Positions 26,401-40,178 of a stretch of DNA of 64,000 nucleotides are shown piece after piece (positions within the stretch are counted from its first letter, which is position 1; each line of letters begins with the position of its first letter). The position numbers and the translations under genes are program-made. The stretch covers positions 7,254,001-7,318,000 of the forward strand of contig NC_045719.1 in assembly GCF_009834535.1 (NCBI RefSeq), given 5' to 3'. The notes under the pieces are model-generated. The model saw nothing but the letters and a program-made list of their open reading frames with translations, was not told the DNA's origin and made no database searches. Source of the stretch: Camelus ferus (Eukaryota).

Positions 26401-29067
26401 TTTATCATTTGAAGTTTCTAAACTGGACCATGTTCAACTGTAGGAACATTTAAAGAAATTTAAATCAGAAAAAAGAAAGTTTGCTTATATATTATCAAAA
26501 TATCTTTGAGTAATAAAATTTCACTGCTGACAATGGGAATGTAAACTCACATATTCCTTTGAAAGCAATTTAGCAAGAGCCTTTAAAATGTTTGTAACCC
26601 AGTAGCTCTATGTCTATAAAGCTGAAATAAATAAAAGCTTTGTGTACAAATATGCACAGTTTGATAAAATTTAATAGGTTGTCTACTTTTCATTAAAGTA
26701 TAACATACTTACAGAGAAGTATACAATTCCATAAACTATCACAAACTATACCCACTTGTGTAACCATCACCCAGTTAAGAAGCAGATTATCACCAACTAC
26801 TCCAGAATGTAACAGCTTTTTAAAGTAGAAAGTCTGACTGGGGATGGAAGATACAGAAATAAGTCCTCCGTGCTGAGAAAAGATTGGAGTTCACCATTTT
26901 TTAATCATACAGTGAACATTAACACCAAACCAGATTCTAGCCAAAGACACTGATGAGAAGGCCAAGCTTAGCCGGTTGGCATAACCAGCTATTACCATCT
27001 GGTTATGCATAAGCATACCTAAATTAAACAGCCCCAGCAACTAAAATCCAAAGGAGACTCACTGGGGCCTTGCTGCTCCATGCACATCATGTTCCCAATC
27101 CTTTGCATGCATCAGTGACTGCCTGGAGTGGCCCCCCAACCCTGAACTTTACAAGGTCCCAGTCTGCTCCTCCCTGAAGCCTTCAAGATCCCAGCCTCTC
27201 CAGGTCTTCCTCCCAGTTCCCACAGTATTGTTTTTAACTACAGCTCTCCTAGTATATTTCTCTCCCTGCATCAGTCACTGGTTTGCATTTCCATCTTTCT
27301 CCCAGAATGATGTGAGCTCCTTGAGGGTAATTTCTTTCTTTTACAGCCCTAGAACCTAGCTCAGATATTGAATGAAAGGTTTTTGAATGAATGTTGAACA
27401 ATATACTAGTCAGATCTTTGACTCCTCTCTTAGGAGCAAAAGAATTTCTTACTCTTCCCAATTGTCTCTCCATTTCTATATCTAATTGCTAGAAGCCTTT
27501 CCCTTTACCATAATTTAAAGGTAAAAATCAACTTGGTAACATCTTGTACCATGAATTGCAAAACAACCAAATTAAGCCCAGTCTATCTGAATAGCAACCC
27601 AAAATAGAGCCTAAAACAGAAAGCTATATTAAGTGAACTAATTAAATAAAGAAAACAAGAATTTTGCTATTGTATTACAAGTTCTTTGTTTTACCTATAT
27701 GAATGATTGAAAAAGAAGTGTGGAAGAGCAAAATGACTTCACGGTAAAACTCTAAGCCCCAGAAGATCCTAGCATACCTTCNNNNNNNNNNNNNNNNNNN
27801 NNNNNNNNNNNNNNNNNNNNNNNNNNNNNNNNNNNNNNNNNNNNNNNNNNNNNNNNNNNNNNNNNNNNNNNNNNNNNNNNNNNNNNNNNNNNNNNNNNNN
27901 NNNNNNNNNNNNNNNNNNNNNNNNNNNNNNNNNNNNNNNNNNNNNNNNNNNNNNNNNNNNNATGGTTCATGACTTATATTTGGGCATGTACTTGAATGTG
28001 TGTTTTTATATACACTGTAGTTAAAGATATACCTTTTTTATAGACATAGATTATATATATATAAATATAGTAATATAATATATATGCAAATATCCACAGA
28101 GAGCACCTTGCACAGAAACATCCTTGAGCTATTTTAAGAGGCAGCATTATTTTACTGACAAATGTTCAGAATTTAGCTCTCCAAATTGTCCCCAGCCTAA
28201 TCTCGATGAATGACTGTTCTCTTCAGAGAGGCTGTGCATGAGTGAGTGTGTGTGTGTGTGGCGAGGCAGACTGGAAGACCTGCCTTCCCCCGTCCCTGGC
28301 TCCTCTTCCAACAATGCCATTTACCCTGAGCCACGCAGGCAGATGCAGCATGGTGTGTCTTGGATGTTAATGGTGGTCTCTCTACCAAAAATATCGCACC
28401 CCACAGGCTTCTCCAAGAAGCCTGAGGCTACAGTCATCTTCAGCACTGCCTTCATTCTTTAAGGGCCTTCGTAAGGAGCTAAGGCATTTTCCCTGGATCA
28501 GGACACTGTTATCTAGCAATGGTTGCCCATTTAAAATCTGGCTGGAGAGGTTAGTTCGACCAGTCAACCCACTATCACCAATTTATAGTCACCTCTTTGA
28601 GATTAGGATTCTGAGAATGAGGAAGAAGAAGCTACATACAGAGAGACTGAGAAGACCTGAATCTTGCTTGGGAGGAGGAAGTCAGAAACCAGGAGAGTCC
28701 AGCAGCCATGCAGCGGTCTAGACACAGGGAACAAGTAACAGGAGAGTAACAGGGACACCGGAAGCCAGGTAAACACAAGCAAAAGACTTACTCTGCCCAG
28801 TGACTATTGCATGGGAATTTACAGCTTACAGAGAACTTCCTCATCTCTTTTGAATCTCATAAAATTCCAGTGAATTAGGTATTGTTACTTTCATCCTTAT
28901 TTCATAGAAGGAAAATGTGAGATTCAGAAACCGATTTACCCAGGGGGCCTCAGCTAGTAAATGGCAGACCTGGGCTGCAAATCAGTCTTCAAAATCCAGC
29001 AAGTCTTCTCAGTGTATCTTTCTGCCTACACATCTCAGGCCAAGCAGCGTCTGTGCCAAATGATTCT

Positions 29068-29118
29068 GCCCCCTCCACCTCCACCACCACCACCACCACC
29101 ACCACCACCACCACACAC
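29068..29118. repeat. (CCA)n microsatellite running into (CA)n
   Basis: Visible ccacctccaccaccaccacc... tract. Confidence 0.9.
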
Positions 29119-29364
29119 ACAGATGTGGTCATACTCCACCACTGGGTATCCACCTACTGTGGCCAGAACTGACCCACACTCCAGAGCAATAGTCAACAGG
29201 CTGCCCATATCAGGGGAGCCAGTTTACCCTAAAATGTGGGGCAAATGGCTAAAGGAGAAACTTAAGAGAGAGGCAAATACTCAGATAGGTAAGAAAGGTA
29301 CCCCTACCCTGCTAATCCAGGACAGTATGTTACTAACACTTTCTGTGGGTCCAAGAGAAATCTG

Positions 29365-29830
29365 AGATCACAGAATACAGATTCTAAGAGAGGCCTCAAG
29401 GGCACAGGCCCACCCATCAACTATCCAACCCATGTGGTCATCTAGCCTGTACATAAATAGTGAAAAAGAAGCATTCTTCAGTTTCCTTAAGAGACCCATT
29501 CCCATGTTCAGTCATCTTTCCTTTCAAAAAAGATGCTCTTTTGTACCTAATTTAAATATTTTCTATTAGCTGTCTTACGTTTGCTCTAGAAGAGATGATC
29601 AGTGCTATTAGAATAACGTGTCTAATGTTTTGATGCCCACTAAGCATCCCTTCAGTATTTCTTCTCCAGTGAAACAGCCACATCTCCTCTGGCATCTCCT
29701 CCTAAGGCTTAAGCCCGATTTTTCATGCCTTTAATCAATCCCATTGTTCATCTGTGGTCCCTTTCCAGTTTCACCACCTGCATCTTGAGATATGAAGACC
29801 AAAACACAGCACCCTGGAAGCAATAATCTC
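29365..29830 (-). mobile_element. L3/CR1 3' remnant
   Basis: atcacagaat..ggtcatctagcc CR1-type 3' motifs, highly diverged. Confidence 0.5.
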
Positions 29831-31114
29831 AGGAACAGACCAATAAAAGGCTGGTATCCAAGCCCCTAGAAGAAGGTCACACAATAAAAGCCAGGGTCAT
29901 GTTCATGCCCAAATACCCCTGATAAATAACAACCCTGCCTTGCCGACTTGTTCAACGTGCGTTCCATTTGCTGCGGCTGCCCCAGTGCCTGCCCTCCCTC
30001 CTCTGCTATGTCCCTGTGGCCCACGTTGAGTGATCCTGCATATAACCCTCTCCCAACCCTCCCTGAGCAGGACTACCAGAGAGGAGAGCTCCAGGACAGC
30101 TCAAAAGCTTCGAAAAAAATGGACGTAGCTACTTGACATTATCACAGATGACTGGAGAGTCCCAGAATTTCAGAACAAAAGGAATGCTCAGTCTGGCACC
30201 ACAACAGGAAAGAAGGAATTCGCAGTATATGTAGGGGCTCAGTGAAGCCTCTGCAAGTACACATAAGTATCCAGGGAACATACAGGTGGCATTCACTTAG
30301 GTCTGTCTGTACAAAGGGAAGCATCATCCTCATTCATCAGCTCACAGGTTTAATCAGCAAAGAGACCGAAGCTGGGAAATCCAGAAGTACCTGGAGCTTG
30401 TTAGAAAATTTATCACAGCAGGGCCAGCAATCACTTAGCCCATTTTCTCTTGTTTTCCCTTTCCACCTGCATATTAAACCAAGCTATCTGCTCCTCACAA
30501 AGGGAAGCTTCTACAACCATTTTTCTCCCTGAAGCAAAGCAAGATTGTGTAAGTAAAAGCCCCAGAAACATTCTAATCAAGAATGAGAACTAAACCCCCA
30601 ACAACTAAGATTTAGGCAAACCAGAAACAGATTCCAGAATCAGCTTAGAGCCTGGTGATGCTGCTAGAGGCATTGCTAACCCCCGTAGCTCAAGCCTGGC
30701 TCTGAATAGTAACATCCTCACCACCAGATGCCCCAGGCCTCGCTGCCTAGAGGCGCTGAGGCCCTGTTAGCAAATATTTACTCAGTCTCAGAGCATTCTT
30801 TCCAGGGTGGTATTTTTCTTTACTCTGCTGATGAAATGCAGCCAAGTGGCGGCCAGGGAGGCAGTACCATGTGCCCCTGACCCTCAGAGAGCATCCAGCA
30901 CAGGGCCTGGGCCATCTCAGGTTCTCCCAGAATGGGTTTAGTCCCCTGGATGCCTGCATTGCCAGCTGGGTAACCTAAGGTGGTCGTTTCTATAGAGAGC
31001 AGCCTGAAAAAAGAAAACAGTAAAATTATTCTATTATATTCATTGAACATTTGAACACTGTATTTCCAAAAGCATGTACTATTATTTATTAGTGATATTT
31101 AGACCCATTAAAAC

Positions 31115-31605
31115 ACATTGAAGATAAGAGATATTTGCTCTGCAGCATTATTGAAAATAGCCAAGAGGTGGAAACAGTCAAAATGGTCACTGCCAGATAA
31201 GTGGATAAAGAAAATGTGCTGCATACACATCATGGAATATTATTCAACCAAGAAAAAGAAGGAAATCCTGTCAAATGCCGCAGCACGGATGAACCTGGAG
31301 ACATTATACTAAGTAAATACGTCAGTCACAGAAGGACAAATACTGCACTGGTTCCACTTACATGAGGTACGAAAGTAGTCAAACTCACAGAAGCAGAGTA
31401 GAAGGGTGGTTGCCAGGACCAGGCAGGAGGGGCAGGTGGGGAGATGCTGTTCAGTGAGCATAGAGTTTCAGTTACACAAGACAAAAAATGCCCTAAAGAT
31501 CTGCTGTGCAACACTGTGCTTACAATGAGCTATACTGCACTGCACACTTAAAGATGTGTTGAGGGTAGATCTCATGTTATGTGCTTTTTACCACAATTTA
31601 AAAAA
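31115..31605 (+). mobile_element. Old L1M 3' end
   Basis: IAKRWKQSKW..WIKKM (ORF2 end) followed by an L1MB-type 3'UTR. Confidence 0.8.
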
Positions 31606-31679
31606 CCTAGTCTCCTTTACTTCACTGCAAATGGCAAACTCAATGGACAATAAAATTATGTGCATATCAAAAAATGAGC

Positions 31680-31727
31680 ACATGCACGCGTGCACACGCG
31701 TGCACACACACACACACACACACACAT
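31680..31727. repeat. (CA)n microsatellite with a CGCGTG-containing purine/pyrimidine head
   Basis: catgcacgcgtgcacacgcgtgcacacaca... Confidence 0.9.
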
Positions 31728-31820
31728 ATTAAGGATGGAGCATTTAAGGACAAATAAAAGCAGGGTTCTAGTGTAAGCTCTGACCAGACCTGCTACACTC
31801 GGCACTCCCAGATCTAGAGC

Positions 31821-31994
31821 CAGGGCCAGCTTCCTGGCCGTTCGATCTGTACAGTTGCATCAGGTCCCAAGCTCAGAACAGGCTGGCACTTGGTTTAACA
31901 CTTTGGGGCTTTTGTCTAGAAAGTCTTAATAATTTGTAAAGGGTCTTGCATTATCACCTTGCTCTAGGCCCCACAAATTATGTAGCTAGTCCTG
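31821..31994 (+). mobile_element. MER53-like non-autonomous DNA transposon
   Basis: cagggccagcttc...ggccccacaaattatgtagctagtcctg, with CAGG...CCTG termini. Confidence 0.75.
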
Positions 31995-32671
31995 TTCGTG
32001 TGTATTCACAACTGCTCATCCTTACATAGTCTGTTTTATGTGGCTATAAATTGGTAGTGTCCAATCAGTATTATATAATCTGTGCACAGTGGGGCGAAGC
32101 TTGTAAAATGAGAAAAAAAAAAAAGCACGTTAGACACAGATGGCTTGCTAAATGCACTTATAACCATATAAAGTAGTTAAGCTGGGAGTTTGGGACCCTG
32201 TAGTTGGGGGTAAAAGGGATTCGAAAATCCCTTACTTTCAGCATCCCTCTGATGGACAGGAGCCAACCCTGGCAGGCAAATTTCCATCACTACCCTCCCA
32301 AGCACATCTCCCCCAAGGAACTGGGGAGACTTGGGAAGCCATGCTCATCAGACCTCCTCCAGGCTGATTTTCTGAAATCCTGTGCTAAAAATGGATTTCT
32401 TTTGCGCTTATTACAGTAATGGTAATTTCTAGAATATGTAACTGTCCAAGTGCTCATTTTTACCAACCCTCCAGTTCTCTGACACATTTCTTCAGGGTCA
32501 TCTAAAGGAACTAGAAAGAATAGATATTTTCAGAGACTTGAGTATCTTTGCAAGAATCCGGTGATCAAGGTGCCTATAATTTTTAGATAAATTGAATGAA
32601 AAATGAAACTAAGCCTAAAAGCTAGAAGAATTTAGCCTACATAGAGATAACTTATTAAGAATGTCTAAAAA

Positions 32672-32760
32672 GTAGTGGTGGGCATAGCTCAGCGGTAGAG
32701 TGCATGTTTAGCATGCATGAGGTCCTGGGTTCAATCACCAGTACTTCCACTTAAAAAAAA
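32672..32760 (+). mobile_element. tRNA-derived SINE (Vic-1-like, short)
   Basis: Head plus poly-A. TSD-like atgtctaaaaa / atgactaaaaa. Confidence 0.85.
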
Positions 32761-35700
32761 ATGACTAAAAATAAGTTATTTCAAGGTACAGTCAGACAAA
32801 CCTTTCCTCTGTAAATTTATTTTTTTCCTCCTTCATGAGGACATCTTCAGAGTGCTGTCAGGGACATAAGCTTCTCATTAAGACAGACTAATTGTCAATT
32901 TTAAACAGTTTAAAAAAAAAAAAAAACGGGTTCTCCCTGACTACATCTCAAACAAAGATCCTAGTAAGAAAAGACAGGCTCCTTCTCTATTACTGAAGAT
33001 AACAGAGGAAAACACGCACTGATTAGATTTATGGGAAATCTAGAGGCCTTGCTTTGGCAGCTTCAATATCCCTTTTCACCAGGATGCCTAGCAATCAGCA
33101 AATTGAACTATTTCACATTTTTGTTTCTTCTCTTTCCGTCTCTCTAACTGAAGCACAATAAATAATCTCATGATCAGAAGACAGAATCTGCAGACAGGAT
33201 CATCAGCTCCTTACATAATGAGGAAAGTTATGTCAGCAAGATGTGTCCCCTCTAAAATCACAATCCCAAGATAGCTTCCATCTAATTAACGCTAGAGGCA
33301 TCATTTGTTTCCCCAGCTCACTGTAGGGCTGAGCATTTGGTTTCCAGAGGCAAGTATATGACGCTAAAGAAGCCAGACTGCCCTTCTGTGATGGTCCCTG
33401 TTTACACTCAAAGTGGGACAGACAGAAGAGAGCTTAGCAGGGGATCATCCAGGAACAAGTGAGATGGAAAGTTCCCAACCACGCAAGAAAGTCTCGTGTC
33501 TATGGTTTGAATGCCTTTTTTTTTCGGTTCTCATCAAAGCCTAAATTTTAGAAACACACAAGTGAATGCACAAGGTCAAATATACTTGGGGCCTCAGAGC
33601 AACTCAAAGGAATTTCGGCTTTAAATTGGTGATCTATGTTTTCTCAGAAAACAAGTTTATTTAGTGAGCACTTACTATGTGCAAGTTCTATGTCACTGTT
33701 CCCAACTGCCACCTGAGAGCATAAAATTTATTACCAGCGAGGGGCAGAAGAGAATCAGAAAAACTGAGAGGGAAAAAGTTTCAGAGCAGAGCAGTTCTAA
33801 GATGCTAATGGTTCAGAGAAGTAGCAGAGTTGACGGCAAAGGGTGGTGAGGGCTCCTCATAGGATAGTTTAGTACAGTTAAAAGGAATCACTGGGGTTCA
33901 CTTCTAGATGGTCTACAATATTTAAACGTCAAAGTACAATTTTAGCAGACAGTGTGACGGCTTTGGGACAGTGGATCACATGTCAAGCCCTGACCTGTGG
34001 TCAGAGGGCACAATTATCCTGATTAGTTACGTCCAGAAGTGGGGTTAGCATCCCGTAACAGCCAAGTCCTACGTGAGGGCCACGTGGTCAAGAGCAAAAA
34101 TCCAGGTAGTTAATAAGAGGAGGACAAATGTCACAGAGGCATACTATTCTATTTTCTTTTAGGTTTACTGGTAATACTCCTCTCTGAATTGCCATTCTGT
34201 AAATATAGCAAAGATATAGCTAGAACAAAGTAAACCTAGACCAGATGACATCACCTACTATAATGATCCACTGTGGTTAAAAAAAAACCTTTTTTCATTA
34301 TGTCCCTTTTCCTGTCTATGAACTCATGTTTCAAATCACATTTCTGTTGATGGGAGAAGATTCTTTGGCAGCTAAAGAGAACTGCTCTGTTAATTATCAT
34401 GTTGAGGGAAGTCCAGTTTCCAGTCTGTGTCTCAAGAAATTCCTTTGCCTTTATTCCAGGAAAAAGGATGACTTTCCTGAGGCATAAGGTGAACTCTAAT
34501 TTGGAAATACAACTCTTTTTTTTTTATCAGGATGAAGAAAATTAAGGCCTGGTGGCTTGAGTCTATGGCAGCCTTTTGCCTACATGCAAATTTAAAGTTC
34601 ATTTTATCTTATGGCAGAAACACACCTAATTAATTTGGCATTCTTTTCTACGTAGCTTTTCCTGGAGGAAGATCTAGTTTGATTTACAATGAACATCTAA
34701 TTAAAACCTTAATTTCGCTTCCTATATATGCTTTGTAGCTGTCCTATTAGAATAAGGGGAGAAGGTCAAGGTGAATTCTGCAAGTCCTCTGGTTATTTCT
34801 ATCACTTAAAAGAGGTATTTATTATGTTCCCAGAGTGTGTTGGGCATTAATGTGCAATTTGTCATCCATGCTTTCCAGGAGGTCATCTAGCTGGGGAGAC
34901 GAGCTGTGCACTCACAAAACAGTTCAGAACAGGGCAGAGCAGTGTGGAATTAAAGACCAGAAGCAGTGCTGCAGAGAGCAGAGGGTGACTGGAAGAAAGT
35001 ACAAGAATTGTGGTGTGGCAATGAAGACATGGTCACTCGGAGAGGCTGGAGGGAGATTCCCAGCAAAGGAGGGCGTGAGTTGGCCCTTAGAGAGTATTTA
35101 GGTTGGGCAGGTAGAGAAGGGACATTCTGCCCTTGGAGGAATTGTAGGAGATGAAAAGGAGCATTCACGTTTCTAAGACTAATAAGAATCTGTCCTTCTA
35201 AAGAAAAAGGATCATGTTGGGAACAGTGAGAGGTAAGACTAGCTACAAAGTAGGTCCAGAGTATGAGGAACTTTGGACCCTGTGACAGTGGAGGTTACCT
35301 CAGAACATCGGAGGGATATGATTAGAAGGAGCTAAAACTACCTACTTGCAGAGGAAGTAACCAAGAACAGGCTGATCAGTTACAAACCAATGTAGGAAGC
35401 CAGTGGTGAGGCCAGGGGCAGCAGCAAGAGGAGCAGGCATCTCCCCTCTTCAGAGAAGGGGTACAATGAAAGAGAAGAGCTCATACTTGATCTTGGTTCC
35501 CAGGCTTGTAACAGTGTGAACAGTAGGGTTGAGTTTGAGGTCATAATGGGGACTCCAATTGAAATCTTGTAAACAGTTTAGGGGGACACATTCAGGCCAA
35601 ATTTGGATATAACGCAACTGGAAGTTAACTTGGGGACCCACCGTTACTGTCAGCTAGCTGCTGTGATTTTATTAATCTCTCAGTCATGCACCTGAACTTA

Positions 35701-36809
35701 TTAGACTCTATTTACAGGATCACTCTCTTTCCAGAAGCTCCTTAAACAGAGAGAGCCAACTAGAACGTACAAGTAAAAAAATAATGCTAACTGTGGCCTT
35801 AGTGACGTAAAGAAAATATTGCAAATTTCAAAGAATCTAATGCCCATCCTGAGTGCGTACAGCTTATCGATGTATTAATTGCTGTGTACAGACAGCATGA
35901 CCTGTTGCTCATTTAATATGAAAAAAAAAAAAAAAAAACGGTCCCAGCACACATGGATGACTACACATGTTGCCAAATTCCAAATCTAGGCAGTCTCAAA
36001 CTTTAGTGCCCCTTAATCTAGGGTTTTTATTAAAACACAAATTCACTGATTCTGGTGGAGGCCTGCGATCTGCATTATTAACAAGCCCCCAAGATGAGCC
36101 TGCTGCAGAAAAACATTCTTTCGAAAAATACTAGGTTAACTCCCACGTGTTAAACTCTCCCTCAACTGGTGTGCACGGTCCATTTTAGGTGTTCCGTAAA
36201 TATGTTATATTGAATCAATGTCCCCAGCCCTAGCAGCAATATGGCACATATTATGACTTCTTGGGTACCTTAACATGTCAATCCCTCCAAAGAGAAGCCA
36301 CCATTTGAGTCATCCCACGTAAGAGAATATAGAAAGTCACTATATACATTAACTTCACTTGAAGTCAGCCAGTCTGGCTTATCTCTATTTTCTCAACAAG
36401 TCATTAGCCCTCAACTAAATAAATTATCTTTATTTTTCTCCATTCTTCTGCTTACCACACTAGCACACTATATACGTACTCAACAACTCCGTGGAGGACA
36501 GCATGGGCGTGGTTTAAAGATGGAGAAGGAAAACTTCCAATGAAATCAGATGTAAAAATCAATTGTACTGCATTCATTTATTTTTTTTTACTACAAATGA
36601 AATCTCTAGATCATAAGCACCTCTTTATATGATTCTGGGCCTTAAACACTGAGCTACGTTACAAAGATAGTTTTTAAATCCTGGCTGATCTGCGCTGGTC
36701 CTTTAATACTACTGTGACATATTTATTGATTTATTCATTGTATACACTAATTTCAGGATGAAAACTTGTAATTTAAATTAAATTGTATGTGACTTATTAT
36801 AAGTGGCTT

Positions 36810-36937
36810 TTTTTTAAGGGGAGGAGATAATTAGTTTTATTTATTTACTTACATTTTAAGTGGAGGTACTGGAGATTGAACCCAGGACCTTGTGCATGCT
36901 GGGCAGGCACTCCACCACTGAGCTATACCCCCTTCCC
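36810..36937 (-). mobile_element. tRNA-derived SINE (Vic-1-like)
   Basis: Reverse-strand head. TSD tataagtggctt / tataagtgactt. Confidence 0.88.
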
Positions 36938-37713
36938 TATAAGTGACTTCTAATACATTTTTTAACCCAGAAATGGCAAGGGCTCCAAAATAAACACCTC
37001 TGAGAAATTTATGGGAATTTCATGTGAAGGCTTTGCTTTAAAGTTTGTTAACAATAATTAATAAAATAATCCAAAAGTGACTTTTCACATTTTGCCCTGG
37101 GCTTCAAAGTACATTTTCTTTCAAAGATATTCTGCTTTTGCTTACTCATGCTCTTTTTCCTTCTATCCAAAGCATTTTAATCAAAGATAGTTGTTTGTAG
37201 ATCTCGAAAAACATTTTAAAACCTCCACAATTGAGTATTTAAGTCATTTTTATACAGAACTTTATGGAGACCAATTTAGTCTGCAGAGTTACTTATAACA
37301 ATGTTAGACTGCTATTTTAGAAGCGTAACTAATACCCAGGTACTGTCTCCCACAACTGGACAGCAACTTTCTGAATGCTGAGCAATGTATTTACACACTA
37401 GGGGATGGAAATTAGCCTAAACTGAGCATCCTATAAAGGTTCCAACATCTGTGCCTATTTATGAGCTTAACATCTTCTTAGGCATCTCCATCTGAATAGC
37501 TAGTTTAAATTTTTAGTCGAATTCAATAACCCATCAAGCAGATATTAAAGTACAGTTTATGAAAATACATGGAAGATTAAATATATATTCCAGACATGAA
37601 AAACCTTACGGCTGCTAAAGAAATATGTAATACTTTAAGAGATTTTAAAGTAGTTATTTCCTGAATACCTTTTTTTCTTCACACATTAGACGAAGTTGCA
37701 TTGTTTACAAAAA

Positions 37714-37719
37714 TTTATT
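37714..37719 (-). terminator. Distal polyadenylation signal AATAAA
   Basis: Minus strand reads tgtgtaaaatttgtatgAATAAAtttttgtaaacaatgca, with upstream UGUA elements, a CA ~20 nt downstream and a following GU/U-containing stretch. Confidence 0.7.
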
Positions 37720-39779
37720 CATACAAATTTTACACACTTTATATGACAGTTATCAAAGTCCTAGTGATAGATATCATGTGTGTAATAATACTTGGGTAAG
37801 ATGCNNNNNNNNNNNNNNNNNNNNNNNNNNNNNNNNNNNNNNNNNNNNNNNNNNNNNNNNNNNNNNNNNNNNNNNNNNNNNNNNNNNNNNNNNNNNNNNN
37901 NNNNNNNNNNNNNNNNNNNNNNNNNNNNNNNNNNNNNNNNNNNNNNNNNNNNNNNNNNNNTAGCCACGGGGACACTAAATTAGACTTNNNNNNNNNNNNN
38001 NNNNNNNNNNNNNNNNNNNNNNNNNNNNNNNNNNNNNNNNNNNNNNNNNNNNNNNNNNNNNNNNNNNNNNNNNNNNNNNNNNNNNNNNNNNNNNNNNNNN
38101 NNNNNNNNNNNNNNNNNNNNNNNNNNNNNNNNNNNNNNNNNNNNNNNNNNNNNNNNNNNNNNNNNNNNNNNNNNNNNNNNNNNNNNNNNNNNNNNNNNNC
38201 ATTGCCTGAGGAGACTACAGAATTAAAGAAAGATTGATCCCACACACAGGACTCGGGCATAGATCGAATGCCTCTGTGCTTTCACTGTTTGCAATATGAT
38301 CCCCTGGCAGCATCCATCCCGCCTGGGAATGCAAATCCAGTTCTGTTTTCATTGATTTGTGACTTCATACTGATCAAATCCGTAAAGGAAAAGGAAAGGT
38401 CCTTTAAACTTTACAAGTTAATGTTTACTCTTCTTTTTCTACCCCCCCCCCAAAGAATTGGTGCCTGAAATTTGGGGATTTGGCTGTCTGGTTTGCCTGT
38501 TGTTGCTTCATCTGGTTGCTGGGTGAAGGTTCCTTTGTTTATAGAGATTACTTGACAGATTCAAGGAATTGATAGGAAACAGACAGACCTGCTTTCTGTA
38601 GCCAAGAAGGATACAAGGGGACATTCTCAGGGGCTGTTGGAGCTTGCTTACCTCATTCTTGACCACAAACATAAGATAGTACTCATACATATGAAGATGA
38701 GGTTTAAATAATTTATCAGTACAACTGAGCAACATGTGAACACTACACATGCTAATATGACAAAGGTTGGTTTTATGAAATAAATTTTACTAAGCAATAA
38801 GCCATAATGTAGAAAAATACATTTTATCTACAAACTCAATCAACAAGAAACAAAAGATTCATATTTACTGCATCATTACTTAGTGGTAACTACACAGGGG
38901 TTCCTACACTTTACAATAAGTGCTAGCATCAAACAACAAAAAAAGTAAGAAGCATTCACAGGTTTCAGAGAAGTGAATGAAAAACGGTAAACAGTGCTTA
39001 AACATTGCGGAGGGTGGGAAAGAGGCATCTTCAGAAAAACACGAAATAAAAGGGTAGCTCCCACAGAGCAGGGTTCAAAGGGAAGGATCCCAGCCATTGC
39101 ACAAGATGAGAAGCATGGACAGCACTGGAGAAAAACACATTGTACTTTGCATCCATTTCCAATACCCAGCGCCCAAAGTCAGGCAGGCAGGGGACCTAAG
39201 GTGGGGGACTCCACTTACCCCCAGCTCCCAGACCTGGGGCAGCCCCAAACCAGCCCCTTTCCAGGGTCCTGCTCCTACTGCCTTATGCTCTGCCTCTTCC
39301 AATATGCCTACATTTCCTTCACTGTTTCAATTGCCCTAACCTTGGGATAGTGGGTTCCCTGGAAGTACAGAAAAGGGAGCTTCCTATTCAACTCTCTCTC
39401 CTCTGTACAATCCCCCAACCCCTCCCCCAGGGAGTGGTATGAATTCTGGGGAGAAGCACAATTTGGATCCAGCTGTTGTTTTATCGGGAGAATTTCCTTC
39501 TGGGCTGAGTCTGAAGAGACACAAATACACATAAAAATAGAATCAAAGAAAGCTTAAGTATTGGAATTGCCACCCAGCAAGGGGCACAGTGCCTAGCTGA
39601 GTTCAGCTGGGACTGAAGCAGCCTGCCCCAGAGACTCGCTGGGAAAGAAAGAGTGCCCTTCAGCATTCTCCCAAATCATACCTCAAAATCTCCCTGGAGC
39701 AGGGCATCACTGTTTATGTACAGTAGCAAATGGTCAGTATTAATATCTTCAGTCCTGTCGTGGATAAAAATACTATCCT

Positions 39780-39845
39780 TTTAATTCCAGTTTACAAAAA
39801 TAGGAGTACTATTCAAAACAATGATTGTCTATTTCTCTATTTATT
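39780..39845 (-). terminator. Proximal poly(A) signal candidates AATAAA (39845-39840) and ATTAAA (39785-39780)
   Basis: Hexamers ~340-400 nt after the stop codon. Use is not demonstrated. Confidence 0.4.
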
Positions 39846-40178
39846 TTATATAAAAACAAACAGCTCAGGCGAATTTTCAATCCTTGTGCACACTTTGTAC
39901 GAACTCCTGTCTATTATACTTATATATATTCTTAATATACATTTGTAATANNNNNNNNNNNNNNNNNNNNNNNNNNNNNNNNNNNNNNNNNNNNNNNNNN
40001 NNNNNNNNNNNNNNNNNNNNNNNNNNNNNNNNNNNNNNNNNNNNNNNNNNNNNNNNNNNNNNNNNNNNNNNNNNNNNNNNNNNNNNNNNNNNNNNNNNNN
40101 NNNNNCTGTTCAGTCAGTTGGGAAAATGACGTTTCATTGTGTCAGGGCTGTATACACAGGGTAGCTGGTAACTCATCG

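Larger units (their letters stand above)
37690..40178 (-). other. ADCYAP1: ADCYAP1 3'UTR (~2.5 kb, interrupted by three N-runs)
   Basis: Repeat-free AT-rich sequence from the stop codon to a well-formed poly(A) site. The length fits the long mammalian PACAP mRNA. Confidence 0.7.

Noticed and set aside
28961-29365. 134-aa poly-proline ORF
   Set aside because: The prolines come from a (CCA)n microsatellite next to a MIR remnant. There is no splice or homology support.
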